Shown: positions 49,379 through 63,120, counted from the whole stretch's first letter. The stretch: DNA of 63,350 bases, filler included, from Octopus bimaculoides (GCF_001194135.2; 6 parts of 6 records of this genome joined end to end with filler, not necessarily neighbours in it), one strand, 5' to 3'. Translations and numbers: made by a program. Notes: generated by a model from the sequence alone, not told the origin.

Positions 49379-50472
49379 TCGGCCGAAATTAACTCTTTTT
49401 ACCTCTCATGCTTTTCCACTTATATCATTACACGCACCTGCTCGTCGACGCATGGTATTATATTAAGTAACGGTAAATAAAAAAAATTGGAGTCAACTCT
49501 GATCATGTTCTTCGTTCATCTTTTACATCTTACAACATGCCGTTACCATAAAACCGACCGTTACATACCAACTCTATTGACAGATATAAAAGTGCTTCTT
49601 CCTGATTTATGGACTTATAGACGACTTACGCGCGTATATATATATATATATATNNNNNNNNNNNNNNNNNNNNNNNNNNNNNNNNNNNNNNNNNNNNNNN
49701 NNNNNNNNNNNNNNNNNNNNNNNNNNNNNNNNNNNNNNNNNNNNNNNNNNNNNNNNNNNNNNNNNNNNNNNNNNNNNNNNNNNNNNNNNNNNNNNNNNNN
49801 NNNNNNNNNNNNNNNNNNNNNNNNNNNNNNNNNNNNNNNNNNNNNNNNNNNNNNNNNNNNNNNNNNNNNNNNNNNNNNNNNNNNNNNNNNNNNNNNNNNN
49901 NNNNNNNNNNNNNNNNNNNNNNNNNNNNNNNNNNNNNNNNNNNNNNNNNNNNNNNNNNNNNNNNNNNNNNNNNNNNNNNNNNNNNNNNNNNNNNNNNNNN
50001 NNNNNNNNNNNNNNNNNNNNNNNNNNNNNNNNNNNNNNNNNNNNNNNNNNNNNNNNNNNNNNNNNNNNNNNNNNNNNNNNNNNNNNNNNNNNNNNNNNNN
50101 NNNNNNNNNNNNNNNNNNNNNNNNNNNNNNNNNNNNNNNNNNNNNNNNNNNNNNNNNNNNNNNNNNNNNNNNNNNNNNNNNNNNNNNNNNNNNNNNNNNN
50201 NNNNNNNNNNNNNNNNNNNNNNNNNNNNNNNNNNNNNNNNNNNNNNNNNNNNNNNNNNNNNNNNNNNNNNNNNNNNNNNNNNNNNNNNNNNNNNNNNNNN
50301 NNNNNNNNNNNNNNNNNNNNNNNNNNNNNNNNNNNNNNNNNNNNNNNNNNNNNNNNNNNNNNNNNNNNNNNNNNNNNNNNNNNNNNNNNNNNNNNNNNNN
50401 NNNNNNNNNNNNNNNNNNNNNNNNNNNNNNNNNNNNNNNNNNNNNNNNNNNNNATATATATATATATATAGA

Positions 50473-50773
50473 TGGTGCAGGTCGTTATGAGCCACCTAAT
50501 ATGACTCTCGTTTTATTGTGGCCACACGTATATACACAATAGAACGATAAATAGAATGGTTGGTGTGTAAAGGCCATGGTCTTCTGTGCTATGCTCCTAT
50601 CTGCTAGCTGGTGGATGTTGAGAGAGGCTAGATCACATCTTTACAGTTCGAGGTCCCAGTGCAGAAAGAGGAAGAGATGAGGTCACGTGTTTGAACCTTA
50701 ATGTTGTGTAACGCCCTCTATCTCTGTATAGCCAGCTTGTTTACCCGCTGGCAAGAGGGGTAATGCGCCTACA
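50473..50773 (-). mobile_element. Probable solo LTR (~300 bp), TG...CA on the minus strand, embedded in (TA)n
   Basis: Minus strand starts TGTAGGCG, has AATAAA ~40 nt before the end, and ends CACCA. Confidence 0.55.
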
Positions 50774-50783
50774 TATATATGTA

Positions 50784-50827
<44 letters not shown>

Positions 50828-50834
<7 letters not shown>

Positions 50835-51715
50835 AAACCACCTTTCACGTTTATATACAGACAAATGCGAGCGTAGTAGAAAACACCTCATTCCCTGTCA
50901 TCACCTGACTGACTATTCTTTACGCGGGTAAATTATCTCCAGTCCGTTCACCCCAGGACGCAAATCGACCAACCGTAGCCCCTAATAAGGTCACGTGAGA
51001 GTGTTCTTCTGAAGTTTCTCTGGAGCCTATCTGTATCTATAAATAGCCTAAATTATCCCCGCCAATTCGTCGCGGCTCAGATCCTCACAGATCTGGCCGC
51101 TGATCACACACGTGTAACACACGCGTAACAGCCAGTGTAACACCAATCAGCCAGTTTCCAGCGACGACATCAACAACCACTACAACTACGTACTACAAGC
51201 ATCGTCCCCAACAGCGTCAACATGACTTCTACACGTACACAAGCTACCAACAGCTAACCGCAGCACTTCTTAACCCTGTTAGTGTGAATCGCCTCACCAC
51301 GGAATTAACAGCCAGAGTTCAGCCTGCGAAGAACATCTGTATTCAAGAATCCGGCCCGGCATAGAAGCCCCAGCATCACGACGAGTGACTGCTCTGCCCT
51401 AACCTTAACCTCTTATATACAGACACTAACCACTGTGTACTCTAACTAAGAACTGGTATATTTTCCTTATCCGTGTTACTGACTCTTATCAATACTATGT
51501 ATCTCTCGCATTCACATACATGTATTACTTGCACACACACTTTTGTTTACATGACGGCCAGTCTTATATTGTGTTTTATTATGTCGCATTCACACACACA
51601 GAGACATACGATTTAATGCTCCAATAAATCTTACTGTTATTCATCTCTATCGGTTGCGTTCCTATCGTTTTCCTTACTGGCATTTCTAAGTTCTTTATGT
51701 TATAGAATTATAACA
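50828..51715 (+). mobile_element. Probable solo LTR (~890 bp), TGT...ACA
   Basis: TATAAATA near 51038, AATAAA near 51623, GT-rich downstream segment, flanks tata / tatt; no ORF. Confidence 0.65.
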
Positions 51716-51813
51716 TATTTATCATTTTATATTTTGTGTCGACCGTGTGACGCGTATAAAAAGGAGCCTGTTTTCCATTCGTCACTATTTCTCCTTTTGG
51801 TTCAAACGGTCGT

Positions 51814-51887
<74 letters not shown>

Positions 51888-52589
51888 AAATAAGGATTCA
51901 GATAGAATCGGGTACTTGTAAAGATACGCACAGGTAGGGTTGGATAAACCTCTGGTTCCAGCCTATGATGCATAAGTATCAAATAGGATATTCTGAGAAA
52001 ACCCAACCCTATGAGTATTTAGCGCCTAGAGGCTGGTCCAAAGCACGCGTTACGTTGAATTGTACGTTGCTGGTATATTCTTAGGGTATCCGACAAGTCA
52101 TGAATCCCCTTGGTGTATTATAATCAAATGAATAATAATAAACGATGAATAATTGTCTGCTCATTACAGCTGTTTCTTAGACATTTTTCAATTGAAGAAT
52201 GAGAACGTTACTTCATTACAAAAATCCGTATTCATTAGATGAAACATAATTTTACAAACAGAAGAATATTCCAAAAATACGGCAGGGACGTGGCTGAAGT
52301 CTGTCGAAGCTAACTATGAAATAGGAGAATGACCAACAAAATTGGCCGTTGTGGGCATTAGGGGTGGAGTTAGGTTAAGAATAAAGTTTGTGAAAGGGAT
52401 TTTTAAGGTCAGCGACCCGGGTGCGATAGGAGTCAGCTAGACTGGTTTTTTGATAGGCTAGAGGTGGGATGTTGGTGATATTTTATTATACTAGCCTTAA
52501 AGAAGTGGGTAGCTGGGAGAAGACCGAAGATAAAGTAAGAATAAAGAATAAAGCAAGTAAAAGCACATACACAAAGACACACTCACACA

Positions 52590-52850
52590 TAAGTATGTAT
52601 ATATACATATATACGACGGCCTTCTTACAATTTCCGTCTACCAAATCCACTCGCAAGGGCTTGGTCGATCCTCCGAGGCGTAGTAGAACTATACTTGAGT
52701 ATACTAGACACTTGCCCAAGGTGGGATTGAATTCGGAACCATGCCTGCCCCCAAAGCCACGCCTGCGCCTGTAGAAGACACCTGCTCAAGGTTCCACAGA
52801 GTGGGACTGAACCCGGAACCATATATATGGATGGGAAGCAAACAGCTTAA
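52590..52850 (-). mobile_element. SINE family 1 head region, rearranged or duplicated
   Basis: tttccgtctaccaaatccactc..gacacttgcccaagg occurs with a second gacacctgctcaagg..ctgaacccggaaccat. Confidence 0.7.
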
Positions 52851-53618
52851 GCAACTTTGTACAAAATGGCACATATGTAACATTGGATTCGAACCCGCGT
52901 TTTGCCACATTACGAATTTCAAATCACAATTGAATCACGGTTTGATTATGTACACAACTAATATCTTGTCCAATCAACAGTTGCAGTTTACGTGATAGAT
53001 CAATAGCATGTCTGGAACTTTCCGTGAGCAAAGCCTATAAATACAGTCAATAAAGGTGCTGATTTCGGAGTGTCAGAGCCGGTATGACGTTATCCGCTCT
53101 CGCCAATTTCAGAGTGTCTTGGGTCAAGCTTCGTATTATACTGTCTCTGTAGCTGTTTTAATCAAAGACACAACATGGCACCTGCATATTTGCTTAACGT
53201 GTCAAAACAAACCGAGCATGTCATATTATGCTATTTCTACTTTGTTGTTTCCATGAACTGTAATAAATGAGCATCTTTTCATACTAATGCAACATAGTAA
53301 ATTATGTTCAAATGTTAATGCGGTGTGTGAAATTATTACACGAACTTTTCTGTTAACTTGGTTTTCTATGGGAACAACACCAACCTAAGCAATATCCAAT
53401 TACCCATCAAACCACGCTATGCATATATGGAAATAAAGAATAAACAATCAGCAACGATTGGACGAGTTGTATCAAATTAACGAAACAAGTTGTCAAAAAT
53501 GATCAGTGAAAATCTGAAAAAATTTTTGACTCAACCTGGTATGCATACTTTTCATCTCATTTCTCATCCCTGCTTCAACTCTTCACCCGATTTTATGCAA
53601 ATCGCACATACACATACA

Positions 53619-53652
<34 letters not shown>

Positions 53653-53725
53653 TTCAAAATGTAACCACATGTGAATCGTTGGCGATTTTCTTCCTCCGTC
53701 TTCCCTTCTATTCGACTTTCCTCTT

Positions 53726-53759
53726 TTTCCAAAGAAGAGCGTCTGCTCGAAACGTTAAA
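53726..53759 (+). ncRNA. Decayed minimal hammerhead-ribozyme-like motif in a probable Penelope-type repeat end (~53660-53860)
   Basis: ttt-CCAAAGA-A-GAGC-gtct-GCTC-GAAA-CGT-T-aaa: perfect stem II, ACGU stem III, ttt/aaa stem I; two core substitutions. Confidence 0.5.
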
Positions 53760-53870
53760 CCACATTTTTTTTCTTCCCTGATCGTCTACTAATACTTTAA
53801 ATGTACCACGTCCTCACGTTGTTGTTTTATTGCGTTTGTTCTTCTTCTTTGGATTTACCATATATATATA

Positions 53871-53970
53871 NNNNNNNNNNNNNNNNNNNNNNNNNNNNNN
53901 NNNNNNNNNNNNNNTTAATTAATTAANNNNNNNNNNNNNNNNNNNNNNNNNNNNNNNNNNNNNNNNNNNN
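53871..53970. other. Artificial 100-nt scaffold spacer
   Basis: 44N-TTAATTAATTAA-44N. Confidence 0.9.
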
Positions 53971-54135
53971 ATGCCATTTGTTATCTTGTGAACAATGAAG
54001 TAGATTGACAAATTTAATTTTTTAACCAGTTGCAGACACGCGAGATGTTGAAATATTGTTCACAAGATAACAAATGGCACTCTTCTTTTAATTTTGACTC
54101 TATATCTTCAGGAGGAGTTACCTCAATCCTTTCTA

Positions 54136-54181
<46 letters not shown>

Positions 54182-54183
<2 letters not shown>

Positions 54184-54402
54184 GGCGGTGGACTGGCAGA
54201 ATCGTTAGCACACCAGGTGAAATGCTTAGCGGTATTTCGTCTGCCGTTATGTTCTGAGTTCAAATTACACTGAGGTTGACTTTGCTTTTCATCCTTTCGG
54301 GGTCGATAAATTTAGTACCAGTGAAATACTGGGGTCGATGTAATCAACTTAATTCCTTCCCCAAAATTTGAGGCCTTGTGTTTCCAGTAGAAAGTATTAT
54401 TA

Positions 54403-54436
<34 letters not shown>

Positions 54437-54659
54437 CATCATTATTATTATTGACCTGTCAGAATTGTTAGTACGCCATACAAAAATGCTTAGTGGTATT
54501 TCATCCATCTGTGTGTTCTGAGTTCAAATTCTGTCGAGGTTGACTTTGCCTTTCGTCCTTTCGGGGTCAATAAAATAAATTCCAGTTAAGCACTGGGGGA
54601 TCGATGTAATCAATTTACCCGCTCCTCTGAAGCTGCTTGTCTTGTGCCAAAATTTGAAA

Positions 54660-54660
<1 letters not shown>
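54182..54660 (+). mobile_element. Two SINE family 2 copies separated by (ATT)n
   Basis: Heads at ~54182 and ~54452; both have gagttcaaatt. Confidence 0.9.
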
Positions 54661-54708
<48 letters not shown>

Positions 54709-55192
54709 CATTAGTGGTGGTGGTGGCGGCCACCGCCGTCGTCGTCTGAGGCATAAGTAAGCCCTGATTTGGTAAACCTCTGACCAAAAACATTTCAACT
54801 GCATTCATCCAGTCATTTTAAATGTGTGTAGGAGAACATTATCAGATGTGTCCTTCGTTTGTACCAGATGCTAAGCTGTTACTCAATATAGATTTGGTTG
54901 CTATTTCTTGTCAGTTTATTGATTATGTACAGGTTCGCTCATATATATGACATATCCTGCATTTATTGTGCTAGTAATTATAGCTTAGTTGGTGTCAATG
55001 ATTAGATTTCTTGTGTTATCTGGGAGTTTGTCTCTGGATATCTGCAACACAACTGCGATTTAATAATTTATGACTTGTTATATTGGATTTGATATGTGAT
55101 ACCAACATACACAAACAGGTTGTCTTTGACCCTGCTTGACTACATTCAAGCCTCAAGGAGTTAAACTTGATATAGTGTTTATATTGCATAGG

Positions 55193-55350
55193 TACAGGAA
55201 TGGCTGTTTTTGTTAAGGAGCTTGCTTGCTTCTTAGCTATGTAGTTTTAGGTTCACTTCCACAGCATGGCATCTTGAACAAGTGTCTTCTATGATAGCAC
55301 TGGGGCCAACCTTTTCAGTGGATTTGATAAAGGGAAACAGAAAGCCCTTC
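55193..55350 (+). mobile_element. SINE family 1 head, diverged
   Basis: ggctgt..aagtgtcttctatgatagc..gtggatttgataaagggaaacagaaagccc. Confidence 0.65.
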
Positions 55351-55414
55351 ATTTATATGTGTATGTGTGTACATACATACATGTACACATATACATACAC
55401 ACACACACACACAC

Positions 55415-55453
<39 letters not shown>

Positions 55454-56024
55454 ATTTGTGTGTATGGTATTGGTTTTTGCATCTTCTTGAGCAAACTTTT
55501 TACCACACAGTGTTCTATTTTTGTTGTTGTTGTTGTTTAAAATATTAAGGTTTTGTTTTCAGAGTAGCTTGACTATTTTTTCTAACAAGTTGACCAAAAA
55601 AACAAAAAGGCACATAACGGACATCTTTGTATTCCAGGTGGAAGGTCGTTAACTCATGACCATAATCAACCTATGATTATCGTTAGCTCATGCAAGACCA
55701 TTAGATCAAAGTTTTGAAAAAGGAAAGGCGTTCCTACTTCATAGTATCAATCAAAACAGACAATAAATAGGCATCACTACCAACATCATCATCATCACCA
55801 CCACCATCATCATCATCATCATCATCATCGTCATGTGTTCAAGAAAGGTAATATTTTCCCCATGGCCAGATGTGTCTTTGTGAATATTGAAAGCAAACAA
55901 CACCACTTATCTGACAGTGGCACTCACATACAACTATCATACAATATCAAAACAAGTAAACATTAACATACATACACACACATACATAGAGACATACTGT
56001 ATGTGCGTGCACACGCACACACCT

Positions 56025-56170
56025 CATGGGCTACTTTCAGTTTCCATTTACGAAGTTCATTCGCGAAGAATTGGTCATCCTGAATCTATAGTAGAAGACG
56101 TTTGCCCAAGATACCCAGCAGTGGGACAGAACCTGAAACTTTGTGGTTGCAAAGCATACTTCTTTATTTC
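56025..56170 (-). mobile_element. SINE family 1 head, diverged
   Basis: ctactttcagtttccatt..atagtagaagacgtttgcccaag..gtgggacagaacc. Confidence 0.65.
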
Positions 56171-57010
56171 ATATATATTGGCCATTAAGGCCTTACAAAA
56201 AGAGGACAAACATAAAGAAGCTTCGGGCTGGACACAGACATTAATGAGATGAAGGTGATAACAAAAAGGATGAAATGGAAATGGGAGGGGGCACCGGCGC
56301 CCACCGACCGATAACCCCTCGTAAACACTGTTCTCTTTTACAATATAAAAATTCAGTATAAAGATTCAATTATAAAAATTCAAAACTTCAATTTAAAAGC
56401 ATGCTTCTTACCACACAGCCACGTCTGTGCTTGTTGTGAAAGTAAACATTGAAAAGAAGTCTAGTCATATTTTTTCACAATGGTCAAACTGAGGATACTT
56501 GTCTTCGATACAGCAAAATAAACACTAACTTTTACATTCTAATGACTTTCCCTTTCTTTGCAGATTACTTTATCCCGCAGTAGTTAAATTTGTATTGATT
56601 TTTACCCTTCTAAAAGTGTTTAGATCAGCCTCATATCAGACACAGCAGGGTTAATTTCAATTATTGAGTCTAACTAAAAGTACACAAAAAGTCAGACTTT
56701 GTATTTATGGCAGATGATAACCTCTTTTGGATCTGTTTTAACCAATAGGTTACTACATAGATACTGTTAGCATAAAACATATTAATGATAAATATAGCAA
56801 GTAACCTTTCTATTTTCAGTTTTGTGCATAAAACCTCTTGATAATAAGCCTTTTGAAACTGCTCCTGGTTCTTCGATACAGATTTCATGTTGAAAATGAT
56901 CTAAATTAAAATCTTCCTTCGTAATTTTGTGTTAGTCCATGTTCGAAACACGATAATGATGATGATAATAATAGTAATGATAATAATAATAATAATAATA
57001 ATAATAGTAA

Positions 57011-57346
57011 ATCCCCGGATGCAGTACCAGGCAGTGGCTCTCATGGCTTCTAATCTTAACTGAATGGAAATGTTATCATATACATTGTTTTGTCTTGGTA
57101 TAAAAGATGGGCTACAGCAAATATTCTGCTCAATACCATAGACTTGCTTGTCAGTTGCTTGATCTTAACCAGTTGAGCATGTCCCTTGGTGGCTGACGAT
57201 ATGTGCATCTCTGATCATGAGCAGAAGTAGTGGGGAGCATCATAGACATGTGTTGAGAGGAATTCTTTGGGGTTTGAATAATTCACCTGTGATAACCTGG
57301 GTATTTCATTCAACATCCTTGAACAAACCTTATTTGAGGACCTTTT
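57011..57346 (+). mobile_element. (TAA)n-associated non-coding element, 5' two-thirds
   Basis: Follows (AAT)n and starts atccccggatgcagtaccaggcagtggctctcatggcttc, the same start as 41400. Confidence 0.75.
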
Positions 57347-57622
57347 GAGAAAATGGAGGGGAAGGGCCTGTAGCAAGTGTTGGGAAGATGAGGGAGTTCT
57401 GACAGAGGTCAGATAATGTGTGGTGGTGGTTTGGTGCGACTTTCAAAGATATTTATGTATGTATGAGGGCCATGATTTCACTTAGCTTTGCTTGCGACTG
57501 ACTCATTTCCCAGTCAATGACTGACTCCTCATGAATTATTCGTTCTAAATACTGTGTCTAACATATCGTAAACCAATTATGCGCTCAGTAGCTTATGTGA
57601 AACTCTGAACTCGTGAGTAATA

Positions 57623-57665
<43 letters not shown>

Positions 57666-58257
57666 TCTTAGCTCTTTGATAAATATTTACACCCTGCTTC
57701 CATATTTGAGTGCCTTTCTTTATATATAAACGTGTGTTTGCGAGTGTTTGTGTTTGATTACACATATATGGACACACATATCTATACATCCACATATAGA
57801 AATATCCAATTACCCATCATATGTAAACACACATCCATGTATGTAGAGTATAAATGGTGTGGATTACGGGTATAAAATATTCAGTATTTTCTCATGGTAA
57901 AGTGTGATACGCTTTATGTAAGTGAAGATAAAATATTGATTATCATGCCATACAGTTAACTACATATAGGCTCTTTCATGTATATATAAATATATACACA
58001 TTTTTTATTAATAACCGGCATAAGTTACTGAGTGACTCCAGGACCATGTGTTTCATGCATTGGCACTAACCAAATTGGTTTCAAATGAAGGGGTCATATA
58101 TTTATATACCAGTGATAATGGTATTTTCCTGGATTGTTCTGGAACAAATTATATAAACAATTGCTATGTCACCTGGATAATGCATATGTCGCAAATGGTT
58201 TGCTTGTTACATCATTCTTTAGCTAAATAAATAAATAAACACATAAGGAAGATTTAA

Positions 58258-58312
<55 letters not shown>

Positions 58313-58412
58313 NNNNNNNNNNNNNNNNNNNNNNNNNNNNNNNNNNNNNNNNNNNNTTAATTAATTAANNNNNNNNNNNNNNNNNNNNNNNNNNNNNNNN
58401 NNNNNNNNNNNN
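58313..58412. other. Artificial 100-nt scaffold spacer
   Basis: 44N-TTAATTAATTAA-44N. Confidence 0.9.
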
Positions 58413-58899
58413 CACACGCCAACGCGCACACGCCAACGCGCACACGCCAACGCGCACACACACAAACATAGAAATCCATTGCTTTACGTAAAATCTGGTC
58501 GTAATGCGAAATTTTGTGATGCGAAATTAAGTTTCTTTTTGATTTTCGTATTATGTAAATCCCTACAGACTTTTCCACACACACACAAAAATAAAAACTA
58601 ATAAAAGAAAAGAGTAAAGACGTACAAGAAATCGACCGAGAAGAAAAACCACACGATCACCTTTATTCATGAAAATAACAATTTCTAAAAACACACATAC
58701 GATATAGAACCATAAAAAACACGGAAACACTTTTCAAGAAGACCCCTAGGGAATTAATAAGAATCTCAACATTATAAGAGAAGATTTTTACTACCGAAGT
58801 TACTGTGAGGGGTGGTGGTGGAATGATCGTTTCCAGGAAGACGACGGACAATGTTTACTATCTTATAGTTCCTTATCACGGAATACCAGCTTAAAGGAG

Positions 58900-59520
58900 T
58901 GAAGAACTTTTCCAAATTTGTTGTTTATGACGCATCATTTATTTGTACAGTTCAATATAGGAACTGGTCTCATTGTAAACTCTTGTAATTTTTATGGTGT
59001 GTTCACGATTTTTGTAGCTGATTTAAATGGTGTAGATGGAACTTCCGTTGTCTCATTTGTATCTCTCCAACACCAGCTTGTTCTTTTCCTAGCATCAGTT
59101 CCTCGCCAGATAAACTTTCTTTTTGTGAGACACTAGCAACTCGATCACGTCTTCCTCTATGACTTCTTTAAATCCTACATCCTTTACAAGTGTCATAATA
59201 TCTTCCCGAATTTGATGCAGACTTTCTGCTTGAGTGAAAATTTCACGGATACAGTGCGGCTATGTACTTTTCCCAGCTCTATTCTAAGTTGGTTTCACTT
59301 CAGCCCATCATTCAACTATATTATTTACAGATTTGATTATTTTGAACTTCTTCTAAAGATCTGTAGGTTTTTAACTCCTTCCACAAAATTGTAGATTTAT
59401 CCTTCTTGTGAATTGCTTTCGTAACTGATTTAGTAGCTCTTTTCAAATAATATGCCTTCAAGTTAACTATCGCAACTTGAGCCATTGGTTGGAGCAATGC
59501 CGTTGTATTCTTAAGAATAT
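58900..59520 (-). mobile_element. Tigger/pogo-family transposase remnant (end of DDE domain and acidic C-terminus)
   Basis: NTTALLQPMAQVAIVNLKAYYLKR..WAEVKPT..IMTLVKDVGFKEVIEEDVIELLVSH, matching the pogo PNTTxxxQPMDQG..FKAYY motif. Confidence 0.75.
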
Positions 59521-59984
59521 ATTTCTACTCATACGTTATCACAAAAGTAATCTAAGTTCGCTGAGTGTCTGGGTGCACCATTTAAAAGAAGGTTCAACAG
59601 ATTTTATAGACAATTCGCCCCTTGCGCTTCCGACTTAAAACAAAAATAAGTAGACACACACATACTCACGCGCACACATGCACTCTGTACACATACTCAT
59701 ACACACACACACACATGCACACACGTATATTGGCATATATGGCATACATGCTGACGTCTGCTGTATCCAGAGGGATTCAAACGTTGGAGGGTTGCATTGG
59801 TTTAGATGTTAGTGGCACCAGACGGACATTGTTGGTATCCAAGCGGTTATATTGCTCTCGCTGATTGTATTCTTGTAGCTGTTTTGTATCTTGTCACTCC
59901 TCAAAGAACTAAGAGTACAGACATTCCATTCGACTTTTAAAATAGACCAGGATTAATGCATTGTATGTCTTTATTTCAAACGAA

Positions 59985-60274
59985 TTTTCGGGCCCATGAA
60001 AGAGGGTTTGAGAACCAAACATTATTCTAGTGACGAGGAAGTAAAAACTGTAGTGAAGAAGTGGCTCAAAGGACAGTCAACAGAATTTTACGGGGCAGGG
60101 ATACATGCTCTCCTTCGAAGGTGGAACATTGCTCTTGAGAGAAACGGTGACTATGTTGAGAAGTAGGGATGTGATCCACAGAGGACCAGCTTCATTTTGA
60201 TGTATGGTAATTGTTCCTGTGTTGGTAGTTATACCTGTCCTAAACAAAATGGCATAATTTTTGACTCACCATCG
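59985..60274 (+). mobile_element. Mariner transposon 3' end (transposase C-terminus, stop 60164-60166, right TIR, then TA)
   Basis: FGPMKEGLRTKHYSSDEEVKTVVKKWLKGQSTEFYGAGIHALLRRWNIALERNGDYVEK*; tttttgactcaccatcg|TA. Confidence 0.88.
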
Positions 60275-60278
60275 TATG

Positions 60279-60376
<98 letters not shown>

Positions 60377-60390
60377 TGTGTGTGTGTATG
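60275..60390. repeat. (TG)n microsatellite
   Basis: Directly visible. Confidence 0.95.
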
Positions 60391-60906
60391 TGCTCATATA
60401 CGTAATTCTGTACTTAACTGAATTACACCAGCATGACATCATTACTGTCGCCCAGAACAAATTGAAGAGCTAACAATATATTTGTGTATATCTAATATTT
60501 AATATATGTGTGTAGAATATATATATGCATACATACATTGAAGCACAATCTCATAAACATGAATTATATACATGTACATACTCATATACACTCACGTCCA
60601 CACACATGTCCATATGTCTACACACTCTCACCCACTCACACATACACACACACTTGCTTCATGTGCGTATAATTCGTAACAAGCTATCACGCATGAATCA
60701 TCGCGTTAATTAACCTTTAGAATTAAGAATGCGCTTTACGGGTGCTTGCTTGTGAATGCCTCGGCAGTGCTATGTCTGCGTGTGTGTGTGTGTGTGTGTG
60801 TGATTGCGTTTGTGTGTGTTTGCGTATGTGCATAGGTGCGTGTGTGATGGCGTGTGTTTGTGTGTAAACGTTTAATTGCGTGTTGAATTACGTATTTGTG
60901 ATGGCG

Positions 60907-60937
<31 letters not shown>

Positions 60938-61879
60938 TCTTGTGTGTGTATGTGTGAATCCGCATATGNNNNNNNNNNNNNNNNNNNNNNNNNNNNNNNN
61001 NNNNNNNNNNNNNNNNNNNNNNNNNNNNNNNNNNNNNNNNNNNNNNNNNNNNNNNNNNNNNNNNNNNNNNNNNNNNNNNNNNNNNNNNNNNNNNNNNNNN
61101 NNNNNNNNNNNNNNNNNNNNNNNNNNNNNNNNNNNNNNNNNNNNNNNNNNNNNNNNNNNNNNNNNNNNNNNNNNNNNNNNNNNNNNNNNNNNNNNNNNNN
61201 NNNNNNNNNNNNNNNNNNNNNNNNNNNNNNNNNNNNNNNNNNNNNNNNNNNNNNNNNNNNNNNNNNNNNNNNNNNNNNNNNNNNNNNNNNNNNNNNNNNN
61301 NNNNNNNNNNNNNNNNNNNNNNNNNNNNNNNNNNNNNNNNNNNNNNNNNNNNNNNNNNNNNNNNNNNNNNNNNNNNNNNNNNNNNNNNNNNNNNNNNNNN
61401 NNNNNNNNNNNNNNNNNNNNNNNNNNNNNNNNATGACGGTGATGATAATGATGATGATGATGATGATGATGATAGTGATGGTGGTGGTGGTTGTGCTTGT
61501 GTTCATGATGATGATGATGATGATGATGGTGGTGATAGTGTCGATATTGAAGGTGGTAGTTGATGTAGCAGCGGTGATGTTGATAATGATGATGACGGTG
61601 GTTCCCTATGTTCCTATTTGAAACAGTTTCCTTACGTTGCTTCGTGTAGCAACTACGTCGGTGCAACTCTTACTTCGTTACATCACCATAGTCACTTATT
61701 CATTGTTGCTATATTGTGGAGGCGCAACGGCCCAGTGGTCAGGGCAGCAGGCTCGCATTCGTTGATTCCCTTATTCCCTAGATTCCCTTATTCGAAAATA
61801 TGAGGACAGAGATCGCGTCATATAGCCAGCTGGAGATGATGCCTCCTGGGGCTAAATTACAGCAACATCTGTCCTAAGC

Positions 61880-62380
61880 CAGGACTGCCATGTTATGTTG
61901 GCAAACAATCATTACTCCATTCATTTTCATGTTTTCGCTGCCATGATGTAAAGACACGTTGGTGTTTACATACAGATATTTTTCGCGAAGTTCTTGAAGT
62001 TGGTTGGACAGAAATATCGATATAGTCACCTATCTTCGTTTCAGGAAAAAGACCATGGGGCTGCCCTTTTCGAAGACACAAATACCAACACAACTCAAGA
62101 CTGAGAGCCACTGGAACTGAGCCGAAATCGCTAGAAACACAAGCCCGAAACTGTACCAAGTGGCGATGCTCCATCACCGTTCGGACCAAAAACTTTTAAG
62201 ACGAGAAAAGGAAGAAATTAAACGAGAGGAGAGAAAAACTCGACAAAATCAACCTCATTCTCCACCAACATTGCCATGAGTGAAAGCCATCGACTTTTCT
62301 ATGCAAGAATTGGTCTACAGAGTCACTAACAACATCACCATAAAAGAAGCGTTCAGAAGAAAATAAATTCTCGGATACGT
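61880..62380 (+). mobile_element. Decayed RTE LINE 3' fragment with a single C2H2-like motif
   Basis: SGKRPWGCPFRRHK..LETQARNCTKWR..RQNQPHSPPTLP..HRLFYARIGLQSH. Confidence 0.7.
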
Positions 62381-63120
62381 GAATAAAACCAACAACGACT
62401 TTGACACAAAATGGCTTCCAAGTGTCTCAGAAAATATAATATTTCGGACATAACTGTCATCTCTGTTGCATGAACTGGTCACCGCCTTTATCGCGAATGT
62501 TGTAGTTTCTTTTGTCACAATGAGTTACGATTTGTTCAGATAATCCAGAGATAATCTTCTTTTTTATTTATACCTGATGCATCCATTAGAGCCCTGCATA
62601 GGTGTAGCTTTATTATGGTCCACCATTTTTAACTTACGTGCCACCGCCATGTCTAATTTAATGGCTGTTTCATGCATAGTTCTTAGATTTTCCAAATTTA
62701 ATTTCTAGGGGCAATTCTATTAAGGCAAATACAATCAATATAAACCACAGGTGGGGACGTAGCGGAGCAAAGGTCTCAGACATAAACAAAAAATGGGGGG
62801 GGGGTAGAATACATTTATGACTCAGATAATTTGGGTAATTAAACAAATATTAAGAGGAATATCTCACAGTGGCTAATGGCATCTACATGAACGACATAGT
62901 CACATATTTGTGTACAGTATTTACTATATCTATAATTGTGTTTGTTATATATAGATGTTCACACACGGAATAACTGCACACATTCAGTGTGTGGGAATAG
63001 TAGCCTTCCACATTCACCATTCTTGAGAAATCTTTCAACAATAGTCTTCGGTGAGCACCAGCCAAACCATGAAGGTAACTGAAACAAAAGTAATGATACG
63101 AAAACATCATTTCCATAAAG

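Noticed and set aside
56620-56655. ..cagcagggTTAA, like a piggyBac-type MITE right end
   Set aside because: No matching left TIR found nearby; cannot delimit an element.
57020-57031. Reverse complement cctggtactgca resembles the U2 snRNA 3' region as recalled
   Set aside because: Only 12 nt with a mismatch and no flanking U2 similarity; chance level.
58413-58455. Three copies of the 14-mer cacacgccaacgcg
   Set aside because: Short CA-derived minisatellite with no spacers, next to a scaffold spacer.
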